NCBI GenBank assembly: GCA_964247055.1
Contig: OZ176053.1
Span: 2,604,001-2,668,000, forward strand
DNA length: 64,000 bases
Direction of reading: 5' to 3'
From: Paragordius varius
Taxonomy: Eukaryota > Animalia > Nematomorpha
The translations under genes were made by a program, and so were the position numbers. This document shows, in pieces, positions 22,801-34,559 of this stretch; position 1 is the stretch's first letter, and each line of letters opens with the position of its first letter. The notes under the pieces are model-generated. The model worked only from the letters and a program-made list of their open reading frames with translations, was not told the origin of the DNA and did no database searches.

Positions 22801-25721
22801 TTTAAGATTATATTAAAAACAAGTTGTGAAATTCGTATTAGTAAATTTCCACAGGTCGCACATAACTTACGTAATAGACACGCTCGATTTAAATAGTGTT
22901 TGATCACAAATAATTATAATATATTTTAAATTTAATTAATAATGATAGCTGGTTATATGGAACCGTTTATGCATTTGTCTGATGTCTTATCCGAGATTGA
23001 CGTTTTGTGCAGCTTTTCTCAAGTTGCTTTACATGCTTCTAGCCATACCTATGTCAGACCCATCATTAAAGCTAAAGGTATCATATATTTGAGATAATAT
23101 ACCATTTACAATTCATTATAACCCCTAAACAATTATTCACCCTTGAACCATTCATATTCACCTTCATATAAATTATCTGTTTTCTAAGATTAAAATTTAT
23201 CCATATTTTTATATATTTTTTAAAAAATAAAATTATGTTTTTAAATAAAAATAATATTTAAATACTAATAAACTATTCCATAAAAATATATTTCATTAGA
23301 GTTATATTCGTTCGAAAACATAATTTTTTATTTAGGGTGAATTCGAATTGTCCAAGGGTGAATTCGAACTGTAAATGGTATATTTGAACAAATATGCATG
23401 TCTATATTTACTTCTAACTTGACAATATTTATTATGGATCATTCGTATTCGTTAGAGGAAAGGATAATAGATATTAAACAAGCGCGGAACCCGTGTTTGG
23501 AAATTCAAGAAGATATTAATTATATACCAAATGATGTGTACTTCAAACAAGGTTGTAAAGTAGTTTCCTTAATCCACATAACTACAATTTCACCCGAAAA
23601 AAATTAATAACTTTTTAACGTTTTAGATGATGCTCATTTTTACATAGTAACTGGACCAAATATGGGAGGCAAATCGACATATATTCGAACGGTTATTTTT
23701 TGATAAATAAAAATGTATTAAGAGTTGTTATTTAATTTAATAATAAATATAAAAATATACTTATATACTTCTGTCATAAAATCAATTCATTTTGCTTAAA
23801 ATACACATTTTTTTTTGGTTAAATTTTTGTAATACATCATAGTTTTGTTATTTGTGCAAAGAGTACTTTTAGTTTAGATTTTTTTCTCCAATTATAAAAT
23901 TTATTTAATCCTGATATTGATTAAAATTTAATTTCTGTATTTTTCAATGATTTATTTACATTAACTTTTAGACGGGACTTTTATGTGTGATGGCACAAAT
24001 TGGATGCTTTTTACCATGCAAAGATTCTCCCGTCATTTCGATTCTTGATGCCATATTCTGTAGAGTTGGAGCTGGTGATTGTCAGAGCAAGGGCATATCC
24101 ACTTTTATGGGTGAAATGATTGAAACAACTACTATACTTAAAGTTTTTTTTAAAACTTTTTTTCTAAAGGGATATTAACCTGTGGAGAGAACTTAAATTA
24201 ATAATTAATTTTTTGCGTTGTTAGAATACATTAGAACATATGTATATTTTACTTAATCAATATATTTTGTTTAGAAGTCATAAGATTACTATTTGGAAAC
24301 AGATTATACCATTTACTTTATAAAAAATGAGTTGGAGATGTATTATTGTTAATTGATATATTTTATTTATTAAATGCCATAGAAATGTTCTATATGTTTT
24401 TATTCGAAGACAACATTTTTGTTAAGCTGTAATCAATTTTTCAAAATAATTTTTTATGATAAATTACTTGTTAAAAAAATTTGTGATATTATGCTCTTTA
24501 CATATTTAGTATGCAAGTCAATATTCCTTAATTATAATTGATGAATTGGGAAGAGGAACGTCAACTTTTGATGGTTTTGGATTGGCATGGGCCATATCTG
24601 AGTAATGAATTTAATTTAGTCTTGTACATTAACTATTTCAACATATTTTTAACTTTAAAACAGGCGTTTCCAACCCAAATAGCTTTGCGAGCCATTTATT
24701 ATATATATGCACACTTATTAATGATTTAATAAATTTTAAACTGTAAAACGCAAACCAAATGTACCAATTTTTTCTGGACGCCAATTGGATAGGCTTATTC
24801 ATGTTTAAGAATATTAATTTTATTAACCTTTTAGGAGCATAATTTTGCAAAGTATGGATTTCTAAATTTTTAGCGGGGCGCTCATTAATTTTTTCGAGGA
24901 CCACACATGTTTGATACCTCTACTTTAACATATAATTTATTGACAGGCATATTATCTTGAACATTCAATGTTTTACGTATTTTGCTACACACTTTCATGA
25001 GTTAACTAACATTGCTGAAGAAATAAATGGTGAAATGGCACAACACTTTAATCCACACATTATTAAAAATGTCCATGTTTCCGCTCTAACTAATCTCACA
25101 AATGATGATGAAAATATGGCAGATATGAATGTAATAATGAAAAATATCTTGTATATTATATTATTAAGCTTTTGATTGTACTTAACTTTTGTCTTTCATT
25201 TTAGGATAATGAACAAAAAGCATTAGTCCTCCTGTATCAAGTTAAACCTGGTCCTAGTGATCGTAGTTTTGGCATCGATATTGCAAAAATGGCCAAATTC
25301 CCAAAACTTGTTATAAAAGTGAGTTCTAAATATTATTAGAATATTTTCAAAATTTGATTATAATAAACTTTAAATTATAATAAAACGACAAAATATAATG
25401 ACCATTTTTTTTATCAAAAAACACTTGTTATTAACCTTGATATTTCTTATATCAATGATATATTTCCGAAATTATGTAAATAACCATTTTAACCCTATGT
25501 TCCGTATTTTTCGACCCAAAAATTTTGAAATTTTATTTTAAAAATCTATAAAAAACATGGGTATATTTTTATATAAAAACTGCTTTTAAAATTTTGCTTT
25601 GCCTGTATAATCTACTGTAATATTTCTATATTTTTGTTGCTATTAGATGGCCGAAGACAAAGCAAGAGAATTGGGCGACATTTACTACGATAAAAACGCT
25701 ACGTCGCTTATGATACATTAA
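13828..25721 (+). CDS. MSH2: DNA mismatch repair protein MSH2, 23 exons, 905 aa predicted
   Basis: Exons: 13828-13834, 13860-13900, 13922-13954, 13978-14062, 14088-14218, 14245-14352, 14376-14462, 14487-14619, 14649-14797, 17091-17211, 17815-17940, 18210-18346, 18708-18999, 19342-19511, 20416-20587, 22949-23077, 23456-23551, 23627-23691, 23972-24142, 24510-24601, 24947-25130, 25205-25318, 25647-25721. All junctions are GT-AG and phase-consistent. Motifs: [28 protein letters not shown], Walker [14 protein letters not shown], Walker [22 protein letters not shown]. Confidence 0.95.
15150..15830 (-). mobile_element. Degenerate RTE-type non-LTR retrotransposon 3' portion in MSH2 intron 9
   Basis: Minus-strand peptides [11 protein letters not shown] (RT C-terminal region) and [23 protein letters not shown], broken by stops and frameshifts. 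Confidence 0.7.
15866..16460. mobile_element. Three 5'-truncated LINE 3' ends; two form an inverted pair
   Basis: Minus copy 15866-16024 and plus copy 16295-16460 ([31 protein letters not shown]-repeat tail) share a 34-nt perfect match. A third minus fragment at ~16080-16215 reads [13 protein letters not shown]. Confidence 0.8.
16758..17003. mobile_element. Degraded hAT (Charlie/Buster-type) MITE
   Basis: Begins CAAGGGTGTCCAAC..GGCCGCATT, as in related copies at 22651 and 37720. The right end is decayed. Confidence 0.5.
21000..22340 (-). mobile_element. Degenerate non-LTR retrotransposon RT (R2/R4/NeSL-type) in MSH2 intron 15
   Basis: Minus-strand peptides: [43 protein letters not shown] (YADD ~21288-21300) and KCGLSINP. 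A ~125-bp internal segment is duplicated (21033-21158 and 22187-22320). Confidence 0.85.
22651..22886. mobile_element. Degraded hAT MITE
   Basis: AAATGGCTTCGCGGG is shared with the 37720-37996 copy. The ends resemble CAGGGGTGTCC. Confidence 0.55.
23100..23380. mobile_element. TA-flanked MITE (TIR TACCATTTACA) in MSH2 intron 16
   Basis: TA|TACCATTTACA ... TGTAAATGGTA|TA, with subterminal 21-bp AGGGTGAATTCGAA repeats in inverted orientation at the two ends. Confidence 0.8.
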
Positions 25722-27330
25722 ATATTTTTTATTCTCTACAATAAATATTTTACATCGATTTATTTAAAGCTACGTGTTGTTTTTAAAATATTTGACTATG
25801 ATTCTCCACAACTCAAAGAGTAAAATATTTTTTAGAATCATCTTTCCTCGATTGATGTTATATTTTGCTTAACATTTCCTGAACTCATTATGTGTATTCA
25901 GGTGGAATTTTATGCAATAAAGTACATGTTTAAATATGGATAGTTTAATTTAATGATACTCTAACCGCGGCCTTTATTCATTTAACTTTTGAGGTACAGT
26001 ATAAAATCTGCATGGCAAACACATATGCAATATAAATCGGTATTATATACTACACGGCCCTAAAGAAAAATATTTTATTTAAATATTTTGGGGAGTACAT
26101 TGATTTAAAAACGTTTCATTGGCACACATGATGTATTAGTATTATTAATTGTATATGTGGCCAGGAAGCATTATTAAACTCTTTTTATAAGAGTTTAAAC
26201 ACAGATTTACCAAGATATGTCAAAAGTTTGTAATAAGAAATTAAATTTAAATATCAACTAAATTTTATAAAAAATAACTTAAAGTTAACTATGACAAATA
26301 ATAATTAAAAAAGTGCTATTAAAACCGAAGTTTTGAGGGCTTAAATATGTATAGCTAATCAATGTGCTTAGGGTTGAGTGGAGAACACGGCAGGTTTTAG
26401 TTAATTTAGATGGATCACAATCGGTGGTTGTAAAGCTCAATAGAATGCATAATATTCAATCAATGAAACATTAGCCTCCATTTTATTGTGATTATAATGT
26501 TACAAATAATTCAAACAGACCGCGGTTGATATAGAATATTTTATGTCAAAAGATGCATTATTTTTACTTTAGTGATAAAAATTATTAGATCGGAGAACTA
26601 ACACACCAATAGTACAAATAAATGGCTCCTGGGAAATCATGAAAGCAGATGATAAAAATATTCAAATTTAAAAAACGCGTCAAATTAAATTGCATTAAAA
26701 CTGAAACTTTCGGAACACTAAAGTATTGTTAAATTGGAGAAATTAAAAGCTATACACGGCTTTAGTCCATATATTAAAATTTACATAACGCAATTTCGGC
26801 ATTTCTGCATTTATCAGACAAATAGCCCATTTTTAAAGAGCAAAAAAAATTTGGACTTTCGGAGTTTGCATCTAAAAATTGAAATAGACAAAACTATTGT
26901 TTTCTTTTATATGTAGTTTATGATAAATTTTAGTGAGAATTATAATGAAACATTTAGCTTTCACAAGAAATATTGCATCAATATGTGTGCAAATTTTTTG
27001 ATATGAATAACCACAAAAGTTTAAATAACTTTCTTGTATCATTCAAAATCGCCAAAATTAAAGCAATGAGAATTCTAAGTATCTATCTGTTACATGCAAA
27101 TTTGAAATATATACTTTGGTTGTATATCATGATTTTCTGCGAGATTTGATATATTATTTTTATATTTTTTTGGTACTATGTAAATATTATATCCTTTGTT
27201 ACTTGAAATTTTGTTGTTATAATAAATTATGTACACCTAAAATTAGTATATATAAACCACAAAAAAACCGAATAAATAAACATTTCACGTTTCTTATATT
27301 ATCTTCTCTTCAAATTAACACTATCATAAT

Positions 27331-28637
27331 TAGGGTTGTGCCCATTAGTCAATGACCTAGGGTAATGACCACGAAAAAAAATGAGCTAGGTCAATTTTTT
27401 TATTTTTTTAATTTTACAATTTTTAGGAAAACAAAACCTTATATTATTTATATATGATACACATCTTTTCTTTACTTTCTAAATCATAATGATATCAGCC
27501 TTGTGGAAATTTTTCGATCAAAAAAAATCAAGTTACATGCAAGATATGCAATTACACTATATAAAAACCGAATGAAAAAACATCAAAAGAAGTTCATGAA
27601 ATAAATTATATGACAGAAAGTGATGGTCAAAAGCAAGCTAAGTCTTTATTTCTTAAGTTTAGCCTTAAAAATTTCTGTTTTCAAGAGAAATTAGCCAGAA
27701 ACATTTAGCAAAATTTATTTTTACATCCTTAACTCTTAACATAGTTGATAAACATTTTCGGAGTTTGATTAATAGTTTAAAACCCAATTATACTATTCCG
27801 TAGAAAACTTTTCAATGAATTACTAGATTCATTTTATGAAGATATAAAAATAGAGGTTGTTGGAATATGTAAAAATAATATTTCATTAATCGTCGATCCC
27901 TTTACCAATATTTCATAGGGAGCAAATAATTAATATTATTGACCAAGGATCCCAAAAATCATATTTTATTAACTATTACACATCTTATCATAGTAAGACT
28001 GCCGAATATCTTTAACATAATGGAACCAATTATAAAAGATAAAATTTAAAAATTAATGTCATTGTGACCGATAATTTAGCGAACATGAAGCCTGCTGAAA
28101 ATTCGATTAAATATATTACTATAATAAGGCATAGATGCCATTGTCATATTTTAAATAATTTGATCAAAGAATATATTAAACTTAATAAGATTACTGAAAT
28201 TTTAAAAGTAGTGAGCATGATTGTGTATTGCATTAAATCTAATAAATCGTATAAGTATAAATAAAACTTTGAACCATTCTAAGTTAACGTTAAATTCATG
28301 GACAGTGACTCGTTTTTACCCAATCTAAATAATTAGAGCATAAATGGGTTTGAATAAATCCATATTTTCTCGTTAGTATTAGCTTTCTGTGATTTGAAAC
28401 TTTCTATAAGTCTTGATGTATGATTCCAGGAAAGATCGTTAATTGTAGAAATTTAATTTATCGAATTGGTGAAAGTATAATTAAAAAAATATATACTTTA
28501 TGTAAAAACCTTTTTTATGTGATTTAATTAAGTATTTATGTATGTAGTTATATTATTGGCAATAACATATAGTATGATTTAGTCGGACCTAGGTCCGACC
28601 TAGGTCTGACCCCCTTTTAAAAAAGGGGGACAACCCA
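27331..28637 (+). mobile_element. Internally deleted hAT (Ac-type) transposon remnant
   Basis: Ends TAGGGTTGTGCCC and GGGACAACCCA. Peptides ISLIVDPFTN and VTDNLANM..RCHCHILNNLIK. GACCTAGG subterminal motifs include an 18-bp perfect palindrome at 28582-28599. No TSD was found. Confidence 0.75.
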
Positions 28638-29939
28638 TAATATATTTATTTTATCAGAATATTTCTTTACGATCTATTTTTGACGCAGTGTATATCAACA
28701 TTATTACATCCTTTTTTCCAATTTTATTAAAAAAAAATTTATTTACATATACGTCTCCAATATTTTGTATTTAGTAGTTTTATATAAATATAAAAACATT
28801 ACGTTAGATGGATGTAAAAAATTGAGATAGGCAGAGTATTTAAACAGTACCGATTTACCGGTATATGATTAAATTATTATATGACATATTTTGACATTTT
28901 TTGCGTTATGTATTGCGTAATTTATATGAAAATGTTTGCGTAACATGAAATGTACACGAAATATGCTTTTTTATTGTTTTAGCATGTTAGAACCATTCTT
29001 ATCTTAATTTATTCATGATTTATAACGGCTTATTTTTTACTAATGTATGGATGATGCAATAAAATAATAAATTACAAATTAATTATTCAATGGCTATTTA
29101 TTATATATGTAGCATATAAAAACTAATGATATTTTAATTTTAAAGATATCTTCATATCCATTTTTTGGAAACTATTCAGAAAAACATCTAATTTTTTTTC
29201 AAACGCGCCTTTCGTAATGGTTGTTTTATATTTTTTACATTTTAAATAGTTTTATTAAAATATATTATATCAAAAACACGATTATCTCTATTTTATCCTA
29301 TACGAAAAGGTATAAATACCTTTTTTTACTTTTTATATTAAATAAACGCGACAATAGCCATTATCTAATTCTAAATAATTGTATAATGCGGGATTTTATT
29401 AAGGGACTTTACCTAAATTTATTATGTATTTATTTCCCGAACGTTTGTATTATAAGTTTTAACAAGGCAAATCAATAATATTTTCCCTTTTTATAACAAA
29501 TTTATTCAAAACTTTTTCGACTTAAAAACTGGAAAAGTATAAAAATTAACGTCTTGGATTAAATTTTTGCGCATGAAAAAAGTTTTAAAAATGGTAATAA
29601 AAATTATAATTTCCAAATTTCTGCCTTCAGATTTTTTAAATTTTAGTTAAATCATTAAATATTCGCAATCGAAATAAATTTTGGGCACCAAATGTAATAA
29701 ATTGACATTATATGTCTTCTCATTAACTTTTCAAAAATATTAACTTTTTTTGATTTTTAAGAAAATTTTTAATATTCACATGCCTGTTCTGTTTTTGGCC
29801 TACACGAGTTATTTGCGCCAACTTTTTTGGTAATTGCTTTTACTTTGTTAATGTACTGTGCCACTGTGTGGCAAAAATGGGAATAAAAAATAAAGGTTAA
29901 TGAATTATTAATATTATACGATAGCTAAAAGAGGGTTAT

Positions 29940-30730
29940 AAATACCGTCATGAAATATGCGGTTAAAACATTAGATAATATTTTAATTTTTCTGTTATTA
30001 TCCAAAATTAAGAAAGTCAAATAAAATAAAATACAAGAGATGAAAATGTGTCAACTAAATTTGTTTTAATATAGGATAAGGATAATTCTAAGCGCAAAAT
30101 CAAGGATTTTCCATTTTTTGAGAGCCATAGATGAATTTTTATAAATATAAGCTAAAAAATCTTACTCTGGCGTCAAATTAAAATTGAAACTAATATGCGG
30201 TAAAATATTTTAATTTTTATTAAAACAATCTTATAATAACTCTATATATAGAGACTTGACTATAATTTTAGCCATTTAGGCTTTTATACCGGCTATAGGG
30301 CATAAAAACTCCCTAAATCAAAAATTTGAAATACATCCGCTTTGTTGCAAAATATCGAAAAAAAATTTTTATATAACGCTTATAACTTTGTTTGAAGGTA
30401 ATATATTGGATGGATATTCTCTATAATATAGGAATCTTCTAATAAATTACCGCATATAAATAAATTTTTATGATTAAATATGAGGCCAGAGCACAATTCT
30501 TAGCTTATATTAATGTAAATCATTCTGAGATCCTCCAAAAAATGTAAAATCCATATTGATAATATTTTGCGTTTACAATTCTCCTTATGCTATATTAAAT
30601 CAAATAAATTTAGTTGAAACGTCTTCATTGTATTTAATTTTATTTAATATGCGATAAGATTGTGATTTTTTGATTTTGGCGGATAAAAATTTAAATATTC
30701 TCTAGTATTTTAACCGCATATATCACATCG
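29940..30730. mobile_element. Foldback-like element with nested inverted ATGCGGT(T/A)AA motifs
   Basis: ATATGCGGTTAAAACATTAG (~29955) pairs with CTAGTATTTTAACCGCATAT (~30702-30721), and an inner pair lies at ~30193/30448. A related end occurs at ~39210. Confidence 0.55.
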
Positions 30731-31027
30731 ATATTTATCATCCTGAACTCTTTGGCTATCGAGAATGATATATGATTGATTCATTAACGTTTATTTTTTG
30801 CTTATTTTTATAGTTAAATGTAACAGGATTCTCATGGTGCTTTTGGTTAGGGGCTGACGAGTCTTATATAAAAGTTATTAGCACTTTTCTGCTATTAGTT
30901 CGTAATCGTAAATTAGCGCACATTCATAATATATTTTTGATAAAAATTATTATTTATTATTATTATAAGCTTTAATTTTTAGTGGCCGAAAGTCTCAGAT
31001 TTTTGCGTCTATCTAGGGCATGGTCTC

Positions 31028-31538
31028 TTAACACTTTGATTCATATCGGGGTATCTAAAAACCCCAAACTATATTTAAAGTAATTAGTAAAAAACTACTA
31101 AAGTATAGATCAATTCAAATTTATGCTTCCATCATATTAAAAATATAAATAAAAACTTATACTTAAAATGTTTTTAAAAATCTCCATATCAAACTGCTTC
31201 AAACATTTTTATTTTGATTTTTGTAAAATATTGTCGTTTTTTAATTTATCGCTAAAAGTCAAGTCAAATTCTTTATTAAAATAAAAATGGCATTACTTGC
31301 ATTATTTAATTTATCCAATGCTCATGTCATGTTGGCTAAATTTTTACCCAGTGTTATAAATAATTATTATTTAGTTATGTAAAAAAAAAATTTTTATATT
31401 TCGGTTTATTAATGTTATATAAGTGGAAACTTTTGCCATGGTTCTTATTTATTCCATATTTTTTAAAATATTTAATTTTAAACAAGCCTGGGGTATACCA
31501 ACGACTCCAACTTAATTCGAAGAACTGGAATTTGTTAA
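31028..31538 (-). mobile_element. Degraded TTAA-MITE copy
   Basis: Starts TTAACACTTTGATTCATATCGGGGTATCTAA, and internal blocks match 39298-39886. Confidence 0.8.
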
Positions 31539-33059
31539 TGGTTGCGATTTTTTAATCTAAGAGGAATGAATTAATCTAAGAGCTTTTCTATTTGACTGTG
31601 GGCGAAGAAGTCGCATGTAAATCCTTAACGTTTTATTTATAATTTATCTCTTGCAATTATTTTGCAATAATATATATATATATATATAATAAATTTTAAA
31701 ATTAATAAGAATTTATATTTATTTTTTTAAATAATTATTTGTAATAATTATTAAATTTTTAAATATCACATGATGTTTTGTTGTTATAAGAACGCGCTCG
31801 TTCACGTATTCTATCTGATGACGATTTGACATAATTATCTCTTTATGTTTTAAATTATGGGATTCATATACTTATAAAAATATTTTACATATCCTTCGAT
31901 TCTCTTATTTGGTATACTTTCTATTTTTGTTTATCTATTTTAAGTTGATCTCTTTTTGGGTGTTTTTATGCTATAGTGTGTTTTTTTAGTAAATACACCG
32001 AGTATACCAAAAACTAATTATTTTGTTAATTCTTAAAAAACTTTGTTTACATTGGCACTCAAATGGTTATATATAATTACGCAAATAAGATGCAATTTAT
32101 TTATTATATATGCTACCATTGTTTGATATTTACTATTGAGTTGCTATTTTTGGAAATTTTCAATTATTTGTTTAAAATATCTGTTTTAGAGAAATTCAAA
32201 ATTTTTATTATACGTTTCCAAAAATTTGTCTCATGACTATCATTCTCTTTTTTGAGTAATTTAGACTTTACGTTATTTTCAATGTGTACTTATATTTTAT
32301 GCTATAATTATATTTTTAACATATTGTGAGAAATCAATTCCTTATATTATCAAAAGGTTTTGCTTTAATTTAAAAATTTATCTTATTAAGCTGGCAAAAA
32401 TCATTACATTAGTCGTAATATTGTATGGATTCTAAATCTCTTAATATTTTTTATATGTGAATATTTGAATACCTTTTCTATTTTTTTGCGACTGAGTTTA
32501 TTACTGAGAAAAATTTTACCTAAAATTTAAATTTTTTATTTACACCAGGTGCCAAAGACACAATACACAATTTTGAAAAAAGAACGCCTCTCTCTGTCTT
32601 TTTGGCTATATATGTCACCAATATTTTGTCAACCTTTACTATTCAAGCTATTTTTGCTGGACAAACACAAACATATTTGAAAATGTTTAAAATTGGCGTC
32701 CACCAAATTGACAGTGAATTTATTTTACACCACTAATATATTGACCTAAGTTTTTTTTTCCAGATAAATTATATTGATTTACACTCCATCGTATTGATAG
32801 ATATATACAACAATCGTCAATTTAACAATACCAAAATTACATGTATATATGTATATGAGATGATTCATTTTAAGTTTACGCGTAATATACCTTATCGTAC
32901 GTAATAAAAGAGAGTGTTACGCACACAAACGCTTGCTTGTTTGTTACAATTTTGTATATTATAGTTTTGTGTTTAATTATTTAACAAATAGTTGATTATA
33001 CCTAATTAATTTTATCGCGCCCACCAAACTTTTCATCCTCTTTTTCCTACAAAAACGAT

Positions 33060-34559
33060 ATGTTGGCCGAAGTTAATAGCACAATCATATTCCTATCCGA
33101 ATTGTTGAAACAAAAATCATGCCTAACGCCTGAAAATCTTAGGTGTTTATGTGAGCGGCTTGAATCTACCCTTACAGAACATTACGCTAACCATTGGTTC
33201 CCAGATAAACCTATGCGGGGGAGTGGATACCGCTGTATTCGCATTAACGGTATACTTGACCCTATTGTGGCCCGAGCCGTAAAACTAGCCGGTTTAGCTC
33301 AAGACTTTATTCACCGAGCGTTTCCTGAAGAACTAACTATTTGGGTCGATCCTGGGGAAGTGGTTTATCGCATTGGAGAGCACGGATCTTTGGGCCGTAT
33401 TTATCCGCCCGGTGTTGGAGTCCTGACGCCCATAGGTCAAAAAGCATGTAATAACAAAAGTAATAAATATCATGCGAATCGATATCGATACACCTTGTCG
33501 TCGTCATCTAACGCCAATGTCAACAATAATAATGTTACTACCTATAATTGCGAAGCGAATAACGATAGTATTTCCCAATCTTCTTATAATCATATCTACT
33601 CTGCAACAATAAGTAATCCGACAACAACACTTTCATCATCATCCAACAAAACTCCCCCCAACATAAATAATTTGGATACGAACCACTACAATTGGCACAG
33701 CCACAAAAAATCATTGCTCAAAGCTTTGAATGGAACCATGACAAGCTCTAAAATGTTTCAAACACCAATGTCTCTATATCCTCAGATTACAACAATCCAT
33801 AAATCAGAATACAATACTAGTGCTACAGGAGATTCATCCTCAGCCATGATACCTCCAAATATATTTGCGTCCTCTTTACCTGAAAAGAATGGTTTTATTG
33901 AAGGACAACAAGTATTTTTTACGCATCAGCCTAATACCACTATTCAACCCAACAATCTTCCACAAGCAACACCAAGGAATAATAATTATAACAGCAGTAC
34001 TTATCGTTTCTATAATCATGCACGGAAACATCGGACCAACACGCCACATATGGCATCTCATCAAGCACCAACATTTATTCCTCCGTCCTCAATCATGCCA
34101 ATGCCAAACACACCATACACTTGGGTAGCAACGCCTAGGAATGCTAGGAACAACCACCCTGAACCAGGAGCTATCTCAGGAAAACTACCTAACAACTTTG
34201 TTTCCAACGACCATAATTGTTGTGGTGAAAGTACGGATAGTGGCAATTTCTACGAAGGCGAGGATGAAGCTTTTGACGATTCTGATGGCCAGCTATCTGA
34301 TCAGGCCGCCAGTAAATCCCACCCCCACAAAAATTTGGTGGATATTTTGTTTCAATCTCAACCTAATAGCAACGGGTCGCTGCCCAATGAAAAATTGGGT
34401 GGTTTTGAAAGCGAAAACACCCATCTCAATACTACTAAAAACAACAATCTATTCAATACCGAACATATAAAGAACCATGTCGGTAATAATAGTTTTGATA
34501 AACAGTCTATCGGTTATGGGTCAGCCAATTCACTTACTATCCACATGGATGATGTTTAA
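33060..34559 (+). CDS. BTG/Tob (APRO) family antiproliferative protein, intronless, 499 aa
   Basis: Box A HWFPDKPMRGSGYRCIRIN and Box B FPEELTIWVDPGEVVYRIGE lie in the first ~110 aa, followed by a long N/S/T/P-rich tail. This is the longest ORF in the window. Confidence 0.93.
   Translation: MLAEVNSTIIFLSELLKQKSCLTPENLRCLCERLESTLTEHYANHWFPDKPMRGSGYRCIRINGILDPIVARAVKLAGLAQDFIHRAFPEELTIWVDPGEVVYRIGEHGSLGRIYPPGVGVLTPIGQKACNNKSNKYHANRYRYTLSSSSNANVNNNNVTTYNCEANNDSISQSSYNHIYSATISNPTTTLSSSSNKTPPNINNLDTNHYNWHSHKKSLLKALNGTMTSSKMFQTPMSLYPQITTIHKSEYNTSATGDSSSAMIPPNIFASSLPEKNGFIEGQQVFFTHQPNTTIQPNNLPQATPRNNNYNSSTYRFYNHARKHRTNTPHMASHQAPTFIPPSSIMPMPNTPYTWVATPRNARNNHPEPGAISGKLPNNFVSNDHNCCGESTDSGNFYEGEDEAFDDSDGQLSDQAASKSHPHKNLVDILFQSQPNSNGSLPNEKLGGFESENTHLNTTKNNNLFNTEHIKNHVGNNSFDKQSIGYGSANSLTIHMDDV

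Noticed and set aside
33865-34470. Four short ORFs overlapping the BTG/Tob CDS
   Set aside because: Shadow frames of a real CDS, with no independent motifs.
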